NCBI GenBank assembly: GCA_028534125.1
Contig: CM052820.1
Span: forward strand, 54,436,001-54,500,000
From: Lama glama
Lineage: Eukaryota
Reading direction: 5' to 3'
Length of the DNA: 64,000 nucleotides
Part shown: positions 1-12,030 of the stretch, in pieces
Layout of the letters: each line of letters opens with the position of its first letter
Position numbering within the stretch: the first letter of the stretch is position 1
Translations under genes and position numbers: made by a program
Notes under the pieces: generated by a model
Told to the model about the DNA's origin: nothing
Seen by the model: only the letters and a program-made list of their open reading frames with translations
Databases searched by the model: none

Positions 1-2344
1 ACCACAACTTATTAAGCTTATATTACATCCTTGCCCCACCCTGACACTTCTAAAATTCTAGTGAAATTTTCAAATTGCTGATATTCAGTTAAATTAAGTC
101 AATTAAATTCTTTAACACTACAGAAAACATCTGATAAGCTGTGCTATTGGTGCAAAGCTGTGGCATTTGGCTTAGGCATTTAAGTTACTCCAGCACAAGT
201 TAGCAGATCTCAGGAAGAATAATGTCATCAGTAGTTGCAAATCTGTGTTAAAATTAAGAGTTAAGGCTTTAAGCTTTTGGTGGTGGTTGTGGTAAGGATA
301 CACAGATAGTTGAAGCTTCAAATTATACTTAAGTCTTGCCTTTGAAAGCACAAAGGTACTTCCCGTTTCAGGCTGGTATTTTATCCACTGACTATAATAG
401 TGATACTCTTAACTCTCTTCCAGACCAGGAGCAGGTGCCATTTTAAAGAGAAAAAGCCAGTCAGATTTGGAGAAACGAAGGCTCATGGCACCTCTGAAAA
501 AGGCAGTCTTTCAACGTTTGAGAATGTCAGTTTTCTACCTGCTAATTCAATGGTTTGTCATGCCAGGTAAACGTGAGGGTGCCGAATGACCTCTCTGTTT
601 GCTACAAGCTGCAAGGCAATGTCTTTAGAACCTGGAACTCAGGCTTTGCTATTTTGATAGGCTGTTTATAAATAGAAGCAAGAGTGATGGTGTTCCACAT
701 TATAGCTTCAAAGGTTTCCTGAAATGTTTCCTGGGTTATATGTGAGTCAACCCGCCTCTGAAACTGTCTGGTAGGAGTTTGCTGGTATAAATTTAGCATC
801 ACTTACATAGGCCTAACACTGAAGAAGCAATTATCTGGAAAATCTCTTTTTCATTGGATTCAGTTCTTCTAGCTGAGTCCAGATTTAATTCATAAATTTC
901 AGATACAGAGAGAGAGGCCAGAAGGAGGATCCAGTGAGTTCCATTACTTTAGGCAAAGGAAGTGTCTTTTTAGTTGTAGTTTACATATAATTAGACAAGA
1001 ACTGATGTCACTTTTTCTAATATCATGTTATAACATCACAAATTAAATGGATTATAATGAGGCTTGATTATTTCATGTTACTCTTCATCGTCATCATAAT
1101 CCCTTAGAATCTGTAGTGTTTTCCTCCTATTTTTAACCACCTAGGACAGATCTCCTATCATTGTAAGTATTTAATAAATATTTGCTAGAAGAAAGAAGTG
1201 ATATTTAATAAATCCTAACTATCAAGACCAAAGGACTTTAACTTGTATAACAATCTCATAAGTTTAACCAAAAAATCAGTGATACAGCAATTTATTTGAA
1301 ATTAATCACGATATATTTTCCTATTTAATAAGCAAACCAGAATTTTGCCTAGAAGTAATCTTTTAGGGTATAAAATTTTCAAGAACATAATCACTTGTAA
1401 TCTCCTTGTTTCTTGATTAATTTGTGGCCAGTGTTCTGTAATTCATAGTTTTTTATTGGGGGAGGTATTACTAGGCCATATATGATTGTGAAGATTTTTA
1501 ATAATAAAATTAATTGATAAGTGTTCATTTCACATTTATATGTGATTGGCACTCTGGGAAAAATTTATTTTCATCACATAGAAAAGACCAACTTTTAAAA
1601 AGTAAGCATATTATTCAATTAACCAAAAGACAGGAGACAAAGGGATTTTTACTAATGTCTTAATGATCAAGAGATGGGGGGAAAAAAAACTTTAAGTAAA
1701 TCTCTTTCATTGACTTCTTTCTCCCAAAAGAAACCTAGAATGACAAAGGATATGCAAGCTGCTCCAGCCACTTGACTTGCAAATCAATTTGGCCTGGATT
1801 ATAACTGGGAATTAAGCCCTAATAAAAGGTAGAGGGGCTGGTGCTAAAACAACAGGGACCAAAGCAGAAAGCTTTGCCACTGACGGTGAATGACTAAAAA
1901 GCTGTGTGCCAAAAAGACTATAATTTGGCTAGCTATACTATGGGGCAATATAACAGCTGCAGGTCAGGCTATTGTGTGTTGGTATAAAGATCCTAAGTGT
2001 CCATAGGCTGCATCTAGCTTGATCCCCATTTTAAAAAGCTTAGAAAAACTGTAATGCTTTCCTGGCATGTGGGCATTTTTTTGTTGAATAGAAGGCCTAT
2101 TAATGGAAAAAAAAAGTCAAATGGCACACTGTGCTCTCTCAGCTTTTCTGGGAAAGGAAGTAACAATGAAGTGATTCCACCAGTAGTATTATTTGCAACT
2201 TTGACCTAATATTTTAAAACTACAGCTTTAAAAATGATCTTCATTTCTAGACCACATTTTTAGATCATAAAACACAACCAGATTCTAGGGTGGGAAAAAT
2301 TCAGTACCCGTTATTGGCCATTGCCTCAAATCTCTCCTTCTTCG

Positions 2345-2402
2345 GTGTGTGGTGTGTGTTATACATCTATTGTGTGCGCATGTGTGTGTGTGCGCGTGTG
2401 TG
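2345..2402. repeat. Imperfect (TG)n/(CA)n microsatellite in the 3' UTR
   Basis: tgtgtgcgcatgtgtgtgtgtgcgcgtgtgtg (2371-2402) is a perfect purine-pyrimidine alternation. Confidence 0.9.
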
Positions 2403-4208
2403 ACTGGTGGGGGTGTTTTAATAGGTAATCTGTATATGTAGTTTGTGGGAGATATTTAGGGGCTACGTTATGTACAAGAACATTGGAATGGAAGCTGTCG
2501 TGGCTGCAAGGTTAATCAACTGTGTAGCAGTGACTTTCAACCCCAGTTGAACAGTCAGGGGAAAATAGTTCTGTTTTTGTTTGTTTGCCTGTTTCTAGGT
2601 TGAGCATCCTTTTGGAAATAAAGCTACAAAACAGAGACCCCCCTCCCCCCTAGCCAAACATAAACAAGTAGGCATCAACTTTCTTGTGAAAACAAATCTG
2701 AACTAAATTAAATATCTATCCTTTCAGAATCCAGACTGGCATTCTACCCTTCAACTCTGCCCAGCCAGAGCCACCTCTGCCCTACTCTGCCACACTGCGC
2801 TCCAGGAGCAAGCTGAGTGCTCCACAAGAACTGCCCCAAGGACTTCTAACAGCCCAGGCAGTACGGCACGCACTGCTCTCTCGCGTGCTTGAATGAAGGA
2901 ACAATGGCCTCTTGTCGTTTTCTCTTTGGGCCCGTACTCTTTAGGTTGTAATGCTAGGGGAAGAAAATTTGGAGATCAAACACTAAAAACTGTAACTTTG
3001 TAGACAACATGCGATATACTACTGAGATTGGAGCAAAACCTCAATCTGATTAGCCCAAAGGACTTGTCATTCAAAAGGAACATCCCTGCCCTCATTGCTG
3101 CTCCCTCTAGAAGGACAAACCCAAAGCTGCTTTAACCTTAATACTAACGGTTCTAAATTTGGCCCAAGTGTGGGGTCGGGCAGGGGCAGGAACCGACTGC
3201 ACAGTGGAAGAGCTGCCAAGTAAACATGTTTTCCCCAAATCAAGTTTTAGTAGAAACTTTTCCATAGGAGGACATTCTCTAGATCAAACATTTTTAAGTT
3301 CAATTAAATAAAAGTGTTTTTTTAAGAACTTTAGATCTACAATATATTTGCATCCACATTTCTAAACATCCAAGTCTAAAAGACATAAAAATACGTAGTG
3401 ATGCAGTCACCGAATAGCAAGGCATGTCCACATTTCAAAGAGGCATAAAATGTGAAATGATATAACAATAGAAGGTCAAAAATAATGAAACAGATTTAGC
3501 ATAGTCATATTGCATTGGGGGGAAAAAAAGGTAGAACACACTATTTAGTTACCTAAATTAATTTACAGGGAAACGGGATCTTAGAAGTCCTCCGACAAAC
3601 CAAGTGCAGATAATCTAAGGGTGGGGAGTGCATGTTTTATTTCTATCTGTCCCCTTTAATAAGAGAACGTGAGGTAATTAGGAAGTATTCAATGCATTCT
3701 GGACTGTTCTGCTAATTGTCCCAGGCAAGGGAAATCGAAATGCTTCAGAAAAGTAAGGCCTAGTTGAGTATCTGGGTAGAGACCCCCCTTCAATCAGCTA
3801 GTGCCTAAGGGGAAATTTCGTTACACACTCACTTTGTAGAGATGGATTGATCATGCTGTAGAAAAGGCTGGTTGCTGAGGCTGTGTCTCTTCCACGTTTC
3901 CTCAGCCTCCTCTGCTGTTACCGAGTTAGGTCTTCAGAGTGGCGAAGGAAAACAGGTCATTTTTAAATCCTTCATAAATTATCATTGGATGATTCCTCTA
4001 TTTAATTCTATGAATCTTATAATAGTTACAGATTTTAAAAAAAATTTTTAAAATTTTTCATTTCAAAGAGTTCTCAGTCCCCACCCCTCACAAGGTACCA
4101 TGAAGGGGCACTAAAGTGCATTTTGACGTAGGGGAGTAGAGTTTGAAGGTGCTGTCCCAGCTAAGAACCAAGAGGATGCTGTTTACAAAAGAAAGGCAAT
4201 TCCTTTTA

Positions 4209-4416
4209 NNNNNNNNNNNNNNNNNNNNNNNNNNNNNNNNNNNNNNNNNNNNNNNNNNNNNNNNNNNNNNNNNNNNNNNNNNNNNNNNNNNNNNNNNNNN
4301 NNNNNNNNNNNNNNNNNNNNNNNNNNNNNNNNNNNNNNNNNNNNNNNNNNNNNNNNNNNNNNNNNNNNNNNNNNNNNNNNNNNNNNNNNNNNNNNNNNNN
4401 NNNNNNNNNNNNNNNN
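4209..4416. other. Assembly gap (208 N)
   Basis: Run of N within the 3' UTR. ORFs spanning it are artefacts. Confidence 1.
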
Positions 4417-4993
4417 CCAGAGGCAGTCCATGTGGGCATGCTCGGTGGTGCTAACTAGGCATCTTCAGCTTAAAAGAACATGCTGCTGTTCATTTTCATC
4501 AAAACATGACTTCTAACTACCATAAATAAAATACACATGGAACGATTAAATCTTTTTCTTACAATAGTTACTTTTACATTAAAAAGTCACCATCATCTTC
4601 AGATATATCGAAAATTAGGACTCTAAATCTTATCATTTCCCAGTCTTAGTTAACAATCTTGCACAGGCCCGATAATCCAAAACTTGGAGCTCTGATCGAC
4701 ACAGCTTGGCAGGTTTCACACAGTTTGACAGGTAGGCAACTGTGAGATATACTTTTTTAAAATTAGCATTTTTCTATCAAAACAGTCTGAAATCGTTTAA
4801 AATCCTCATAGAGACTGATTTGTGCAATGGCACAGTCACACAGCTAGAAAGGAGAAAACAAAATACAGTCTGGAAGATTCATCACAGTCCAAGTTCTCTT
4901 GGTCCTCAGTTTACACAATGATGAGCCCAGGAAATCCAATTAAATACAGTGCTTTAAATAGGAGACCAGTCGGTACTGGAATAAGTTGAGCTA

Positions 4994-6046
4994 CTAAACA
5001 GGGACAGTCTCCACCACGGGTGATTTGATGCACTCTTCGTGCAATCTGCTCTTTTCTGCAAGACTCAAAGAATTTTCAGCAGGATGCTCTGAAATGTGAC
5101 TGTCACCGTTTAACGTCGAGACAAACCCTTCCGGGGAGGGGCCTTTCAAGTAGGAGTGAAATTCCACTTGGGGGTGACTGGACCTGTGTTCGGGATATAA
5201 GCTATTGCAGGGCACACCGCTGTCATTCTCCGCCGAGGAGCAGCAGACGATGACCGAGGGGTTGGCGGCTGGGTAGTGGGCGGTGCTGTAGGCTTCTTCG
5301 GCTTGGCGGGCATAGTCGGCGAATTGCTCCGGGGTCATGGTGTAAGGCACCAGCGAGAGGGTACCATTCTTGACAGTGTCTCGTTCCGAGTAGTTCTCGG
5401 AGATTGGGCTAGGCGCTCCAGGAATGTGGCTATCTATTTGGTAATATAGGGTGGAAGAGTTGGCATAAAAGGACGCATTTTTCGCGTGGCTTTCGTGGAC
5501 GGCAGTGCCATCTGAGTAACAAAGGACGGAAGGAAGAGGGACAACTTCGGCGTGGGGCCCCAAACCTTCCACGAAGCTGTCCCCTTTCTCATCATCGTCC
5601 TCCTCCTCCTCCTCCTCCTCCTCTTCCTCATCTGACTCGCTCGGGGCCAAGCTCTGCGTGCTGGAATCGGTGACCCCGCTGCAGAAGCTGCTGCCGTCCT
5701 CCTCCTCCTCCTCCTCTTCCTCCTCCTCCTCCCCTTGGCAGTCTAGCTCCTCAGCCGACTGCAGGTGCAGCACGGCAGCCTGGGGCTCAGTTTCAATCTC
5801 AAAATTGTCAGCGATAGAATATTCCACGGAGTGAGCGACCGGGCCCATGGAGCTGCTGTGGGCCCTTATCTCACCGTGGCAGCCGTTCAGCGTGGGGATC
5901 TGCTGCTCTCGGTTTTTCTCCAGTTCAAGCTTCATGATTGTGTGCAAAAAGTGAGTCCGGACACGGATAGGATTAAATTCAATTCTACCTGCTGTGTTAC
6001 TACATCCTTCTTTCGTGCACCCACACGGGAAAGACATTCGATCCAC
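4994..6046 (-). CDS. CSRNP3: CSRNP3 last coding exon (end of Cys-rich domain, acidic poly-Glu region, C-terminus ...SPVVETVPV*)
   Basis: 350-codon ORF ([43 protein letters not shown]...) matching CSRNP family/CSRNP3. Acceptor ctaatctgtgttctcctcccaag|GTG (AG at 6048-6047), phase 0 with upstream ...KCQ. Stop TAG at 4996-4994, followed by a second TAG at 4993-4991. The track's initial 'M' is really GTG=Val. Confidence 0.97.
   Translation of the reverse strand: MDRMSFPCGCTKEGCSNTAGRIEFNPIRVRTHFLHTIMKLELEKNREQQIPTLNGCHGEIRAHSSSMGPVAHSVEYSIADNFEIETEPQAAVLHLQSAEELDCQGEEEEEEEEEEEDGSSFCSGVTDSSTQSLAPSESDEEEEEEEEEEDDDEKGDSFVEGLGPHAEVVPLPSVLCYSDGTAVHESHAKNASFYANSSTLYYQIDSHIPGAPSPISENYSERDTVKNGTLSLVPYTMTPEQFADYARQAEEAYSTAHYPAANPSVIVCCSSAENDSGVPCNSLYPEHRSSHPQVEFHSYLKGPSPEGFVSTLNGDSHISEHPAENSLSLAEKSRLHEECIKSPVVETVPV
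5588..5731 (-). repeat. Two coding (GAG)n tracts encoding E11 (5699-5731) and E10-DDDE (5588-5629)
   Basis: (CTC)n on the plus strand, each tract interrupted once by GAA. Confidence 0.95.
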
Positions 6047-7254
6047 CTTGGGAGGAGAACACAGATTAGCCCCTGGGAACTCTCACACACTAAATTAAAA
6101 TCCAGGACCTCATGGCAACCCCTTTGAATCTGGGAGGACTGCAACCCACTTAGGCCAGAACAAATGATAATCGAACTGCAAACAGGAATAAAAAGGGTAA
6201 GGGAAGGCTTAAAACGTAAGAGTTCACCTATATTCAAAATAAAAATGAGTTACGGTGTGTAGTTTTAGTTCATTCATCCCTCCTGTGCTTTCTTCACTCA
6301 TCTCCGTTTCCACTTTTGCCCGCTCCTCTCCATCCCATTAATTTTGCTCCCGTTTTTTCCAATGCTTCTGTCTTTTCCCAAAGCTTCCTTTTCCCCTGCT
6401 GCATACCAGCTCACATGCCTAATTTTAAAAAACTTACTGCCCTCATCTCCACCTGCTAATTTTAATCTAAATTACATAACATTCCTCATACTAGATATGA
6501 ATCTTTTTCTTCGCTTATTATAAAATGAACCTCTCCGCCAGAGGAGTCCAGATGGATACCACTTAGTGTCAGGCAGCCTGATAATCCACTCCCATTGGTT
6601 CCCCTCTCATTCCTTTGGATCCTTGGTACCTGATGCACGTATGTGTACTGCAGGGCCATGGTGGGTACGCACACTGGTGACTGTGACTGTGGCCTCGTGT
6701 GTTTGGCTGCCGGCTCTCCCCCCGCCCCCTCCCTTAGACTACAAGCTTCCCGAGGGATGTTCATCTAGTCTAAAGCCTACGACTGTTTGAGGGACTGGAC
6801 TCTGTAGATAGAGTGACTGGGCTCAGCAAGTGTTGCTGAGACTGAGCTCTTCACACAGGTGGAGAGTGGAATTCTGGGCAATCCGAGGAACTCCTACGAC
6901 ATTTGCTAATTGCCTCAGATGCCACAAACTGACCTGAATGCGACCAGAGCACAGGCAACCATAGAGAACTTGCCCTTCCTGCCACATCATTCCAGCGCAG
7001 GGAACTTCCCATGCTACAGAGGAGAAGGCAGATTCCACGGTTATCCTGGTCCCAACAAAAAGTAGTGTCAGAGCCAGAATCCATAGGTGCTTCTTACTCA
7101 TGAAGCCCTTTTCTGTGAATCCACCTCAAGCAACTGCTCAACTGATAAGAACTGTCCTCTCTTTTTGTCTGCCTAAGGGGCTCTTATTGAAAAGGTTGTT
7201 TCTGCATAAATAACACCACCTAAATAATCATGGAGCACCAATGATATCACAGAT

Positions 7255-7680
7255 GGGCAAGGACCTAGGAATCATCTAGTCCAGGGGTTGGTAAACTCTT
7301 TTTTTTTTTTTAAGGGCCAGAGAGTAAATATTTGGGGCTTTGTGGGCCATACAGTCTCTGTGGCAACGGCTCAACTCAGCCGCAGAAGTGTGAAAGCAGT
7401 CGCAGGCAACACGCAAACAAACAGAACAAACAAACAAAAACATGGCTGTGCTTCTGTAAAACTTCACTTACAAAAAAGGTGGCAGGCCAGATTTGACCTG
7501 TGAGTTTTAATTTGCCAACCCCTGATGTAGTCCAGCCCGTTCATTTTAGAGATTGGAAAACTGAACCCAGAAAATTTACCTGACTTGTCAACTTCACATA
7601 GCAATGAAAAGCAGATTCAGGAGGAGAACTCAGTTTTCTTATGTCCCAGGCTAGTAGTTTTCCCGCTAGTCTACACTACC
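7255..7680 (-). mobile_element. MIR/MIR3 SINE remnant split by the MER58A insertion
   Basis: ggacctaggaatcatctagtc|cagcccgttcattttagagattggaaaactgaacccagaaaatttacctgacttg resembles the MIR core. Confidence 0.7.
7282..7524. mobile_element. MER58A-like hAT-Charlie MITE with TIRs and 8-bp TSD
   Basis: TIRs caggggttggtaaa / tttgccaacccctg. Internal aagggccagagagtaaatattt...ggctgtgcttctgtaaaacttcacttacaaaa resembles MER58A. TSD atctagtc (7274-7281) / atgtagtc (7525-7532). Confidence 0.9.
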
Positions 7681-8043
7681 TCTAGCCAGTCATCATCTTA
7701 TACCCCACGGATGGATCAGAAAGTACAAACTCAAATGTTAGGGATGTCATGATCTCTCTGAATGCTTGTAAAAAGCTAAAATAAGCTAATATAATAAATG
7801 AATTGAAGAAAAAATTTCAACTGACAACTGCAGCTTAGATTGCCTTTCACACTATATCTTATATAATAAGCATATTATAAATATCCATAAATGTCCTTGA
7901 ATTGGCATTTCTCTCTTCTTGAATCACATGCCCCATAGTTTTCTTCTATGGGTGAGAAACTTCATTACATGTAACACAACCACCTCTTTAGGGGATGGCG
8001 TATAATGTCTTGTCTTTGGATTCCCCGAAATCCTGGTCCTTAC

Positions 8044-8340
8044 CTGACACTTAATGCCTGCCAGGCTGCAGGTACACGTTTCTGGGTCACAGAACACCCG
8101 GCAGTCACAGCCACAGTCCTCTCGAGACAGGCGGATGGCTCGCAGCTCGTGCTTTTCCTCCACATCAATCTTTTTCACTCCAGAGGCCCGCAGCAGTGCT
8201 CTCCGTTTTTTTGTTGGCAGGGGTTGTAAAAAGAAGTACTCGTCTACTTCTGTGTTGTCTAAATCAATATCATCATCAGAAATGTCGTCCACTGTAAGAG
8301 TGCTAGCTTCTTCCGATTCCACGGTGCCGTTCTTTGTCAT
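8044..8340 (-). CDS. CSRNP3: CSRNP3 internal coding exon (297 nt; MTKNGTVES...[24 protein letters not shown])
   Basis: Acceptor ...ctgcatttctag|ATG (AG at 8342-8341), donor CAG|gtaagg (GT at 8043-8042). 99 codons, phase 0/0. Contains the CSRNP Cys-rich motif. Confidence 0.97.
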
Positions 8341-11300
8341 CTAGAAATGCAGAGCAGCAAACAAGAGACTTAACTGGGCAGGGTCTGAAATACCTACTTT
8401 TGCACGTGGTAAGGATGAAGCTATTACATAACATCATGTCCCCATAATCAGTAAGTGTTTGTGGAAAGCTGAGGGAGATTAAGAGAAGTAAATTTCCAGT
8501 TACAAAAATAAATGATTCATGGGGATGAAGAAAATGTGTGTGTGAGGCAAATCGTTTTCTTTTGAGAAGTCACAGGAAGGAAAGTGAAGGCATCAAAACG
8601 ATGGGCTTTTAAATGAACTGACTGGTAACAGAAGACTTGTTAATTGGAACTCTTAACCTCCTAATGTTAGGAGCCATAGTTGTTGGAGCTTTTAGCCAGC
8701 CTGATGTGAAAAAGGCCAAGGGTTACAGATACCCATCAGTGAAAGCTATCTTTAGACTCAGTTCGTGACGGGCAGATCTGATGCTGGAATAAACGTGTCC
8801 TTGTTCAGAGGTGACTGCATCTTAGTGGAAGCCACTGCCACCTAAATCAGCAAACATGTCCTTGAAATAACAACCCTGTCTTTTGGGTTCTAGAAAAATC
8901 ATGTACTAGGAAATAAAGTTGTGCTGCATTGTGCTGTTGGGCTTACAAACATGGTTTCCCTACAGAAAGTTCCATGAGGGCTGGATATGAAGCCATCAGT
9001 CAGGTCAGTGTGCTCTCAGTAAGACAAGGAGCAGAGGGCAGCCCGGCAGGCTCTCACCAATGGGCAACCTCAACAATGAACCGGCCCTCAAAGGAGTTCA
9101 CAGGAAACCACCCAAAGCAATACCTTCTGCATAACAGCGCATGTGGACAACTGTCTCATACCCGTGACTACGCTGCTTCTATTTGTATTTCTTTTCTAAA
9201 TTAATTTTATCCATCAGGAAACTCTGAGTCAGTATTTCACTTCTTAACTGCTATACCACCACATAATATGTTTTCTTCATAAAAAGCATTTAGAAAGAGA
9301 CATTTTCTCTGAATATGAGCAAGAAATATATTTTGAGAAGCAGCACAGGAATAAATGCAGAAATTCAGTACGGGATATTCAAGGAAGTTCTAAATAGGGA
9401 AACTATTTTGATTCTTTAACTTTTAAATGTATTACTTCATAAATTTCATTAATTTTAATTATTACAATGCTTTCTGATCTTAACGACTATTCAGTTATCA
9501 AACTGTTAAATTACTCTGGTGACATCAGACATCATTCTCTCATCTTCATAGGAAAAAGTCTGACTTTTAGATAAGAATATTTATTACTGACCCAAAATCC
9601 CAATCTGGACAACTCTGAACATACTGAAAAACAAATAGAAGATTGGTCTTTGCGTTCAAGTAGAGGAAACAACATAGTAGCAAGTGTATATTAAAATATA
9701 TTGCAAAGGATCCCTGAAGTATATTTTCAAAAGCTACTGATTTATAAATTGTTTATACTTTAGAGCTCAAATCTGTGTTCTCGCAAAGATGGGCATTTCC
9801 TTTTATTGGGTTTTGTTTCTTGGTGTGATCTGCAATTCATTTCCTCCCTTGCAATTTCTTTATAAATGTATTGGTTAATCTGCTTTCATTTTTCTGCGAT
9901 GTCTACTAATGGGATGTTATTGTGATTGGTTGCCGTTATCATTTTTGTTAATTCTTATTTGCCAGCAGAAGCATCTTTCTATTTGAAAAGATTTGATTTT
10001 CTAAGGAATTCAAGTGTGTAATTATTTAACATATATTCAATCCTCTGTGATAGGGAAAGCTTCATTAACAAACAGGAAGAGCTACCTTTCCCATCTTGTC
10101 ACCTCTGTGGCATTTAAATTATGTTTTCACTAATTCTTGGCTTGTCTATGTGAACCTCATGAAGCTTCTGACTCCACAGCCTATGTAGAACACCCAGGAC
10201 TTAGCACGATTTATTTCAATACTTCCTTCCTACTTAATCTCTGTGCTCTAGGATATTTATGCTTCCTTGTGTAACTGGTAATGTCACAAGAAGAACTAAA
10301 AAACTTCATTTCATATCCACAAGGTTTGATTTAAAAAAAAATGGCTGCTGTCATATAATATATGAAATCTAAAAGTCAACAAAAAACTAGATTTCAGCAA
10401 ACATTTAAAAACATGACAATTTTAGGGCAACATGAATAACCAACTGGCATCTAAGAATTAATAAGGAAAAACAGTATCTCGAATAAACTACAGATGATGC
10501 TTATTCCAAATATAAGTTAGTGCCCTTAGAAATAAAATCTGCATCTCTTATTCCCATATACTTAAAGTATAAGAAACAATTTCATTTTAAAATAAAAATT
10601 CACTTAAGAATCTTAAAGTCCTTGACATAGAGCTGCATACTGTTTCACTCTTGTTCAAAACCCCCCAGGGGCCCTAATCTAGATTTTCAAAATCTCACAC
10701 TATCATTGAAGTGACCTGGAAAGGTTTTCTCCTCACCTCCCCCAATATTGAAGTCTAATGAAGACTGGCAATATTCTAGTTCATCCTGGTCAACTGGCTT
10801 ATCTCCTCCTCCTCAGTTTCTGGTTTGGCATGTAGCCACTGACAGATACTATTCTCTGCTGTCCCCTCAGAAGTCCTACCCAGTCTTCTCCTCCAGTCTA
10901 TGCCCATTTGTTCCTTTAAAAGTCAGGCCAAGCCTACTGAGCTTAAATACTCTTTTAAATCAGAGTATCACATACATTATTTTCAAATGCCCTTTTCTAT
11001 ATTAGAGCAATAGGGAAATAAGTCCAAGAACTCCCTATTTCTGTCCACAACTCATGTTTCATCATGCTCTCAAGATCTCGTGCAATAAAACCTAGGGAGT
11101 CTTCCAAGATCTCCTCATTTGTTTTTGCTGACTCCTTTACCCTATGACCCATCTTTACAAGAATATTTATTTTGTACATTTTTTTCTCTTTGACAGGAGT
11201 GATACTTTTAAATGTCTTTTTACTAACTCAAAATAAAATCACTGAATTTTCAGATGTTAGTTCATCAAATGCAACCTCCTTATTTTATGCATTAATGAAG

Positions 11301-11693
11301 CTCAGATTAACTGTGACCTCTCCAAGACATGCTTATAGAATCTAATTTCATGATCCCTATTCTAGCATGCGTTTCCCTTTATCAAACACATAGATTCCAA
11401 GTTTCTGATGGTGCCCAATGCAGTACTTGGACTATAATGTGGATTAAATGCAATGTGTCTAAAAAGCTATTTTGTTTATAAAACAAATGCATATAGGGTA
11501 ACCAGCACATTCAAAGGAATGCTCTCCTTTGAAGTAGACTCTTCAGAAGACAATCTGGGACTTCGACCATTTCTAGCTCAGTGTTCTTTTCCCAAAGAAT
11601 GTTGCCTTTCCAAGAGCACAAAGAAAACTTGCCAAAAATGTGGTTTAAGGAGACCACCAAACAATACTCACCCTCAAACCTGCTTTTGTTGTT

Positions 11694-11731
11694 GTGTGTG
11701 TGTGTGTGTGACTGTGTGTGTATAAGTGTGT
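11694..11731. repeat. (TG)n microsatellite
   Basis: Seen directly. Confidence 0.9.
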
Positions 11732-11799
11732 GAAAAAGAGAGAGACTGGAGGTGGGGGTGCAAGGGAGGTGAGAGAAACAGATATGAGATGACAATCGT

Positions 11800-12030
11800 A
11801 ATATTAATAACAAGAGTTTTGAATCTGTGTCAGACACTACTCCAAGCACTTTACCTGCATTAACTCATTGAGCATCACGAAACTCTCATCAACTAGACAT
11901 TAGCACTATATCCATTTAGCTGGTGGGGAAACTGAGGCACAGGAATGCTAAATAACTTGTCCAAGATCACAAGCAGTGAGGTGTGTGGCCCATCACAATC
12001 CTAGACATTTAAATCTACAGCCTGTGCTGT
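11800..12030 (-). mobile_element. MIR SINE
   Basis: Core ggggaaactgaggcacaggaatgctaaataacttgtccaagatcaca. Confidence 0.8.

Larger units (their letters stand above)
1..4993 (-). other. CSRNP3: CSRNP3 3' UTR (probably continues beyond the left edge)
   Basis: Lies directly downstream of the stop codon. AT-rich with no recognisable interspersed repeats. CSRNP3 is known to have a multi-kb 3' UTR. Minus-strand AATAAA candidates at 3636-3641, 1564-1569, 1452-1457 and 1291-1296. Confidence 0.75.

Noticed and set aside
4148-4157. REST/RE1 half-site GGTGCTGTCC
   Set aside because: The other half-site is absent, so there is no full RE1.
4143-4454. Three ORFs containing long X runs
   Set aside because: Artefacts of the 208-N assembly gap.
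5434-6237. Overlapping ORFs including the poly-Arg peptide [11 protein letters not shown] and the antisense ORF 5765-6127
   Set aside because: Alternative-frame or antisense shadows of the GC-rich CSRNP3 exon and its GAG repeats.
7924-8043. In-frame extension of the 8340 exon ORF into the intron ([10 protein letters not shown]...)
   Set aside because: There is a strong CAG|gtaagg donor at 8044/8043, the extension has no family similarity, and I saw no nearby AATAAA to support an intronic-polyA isoform.
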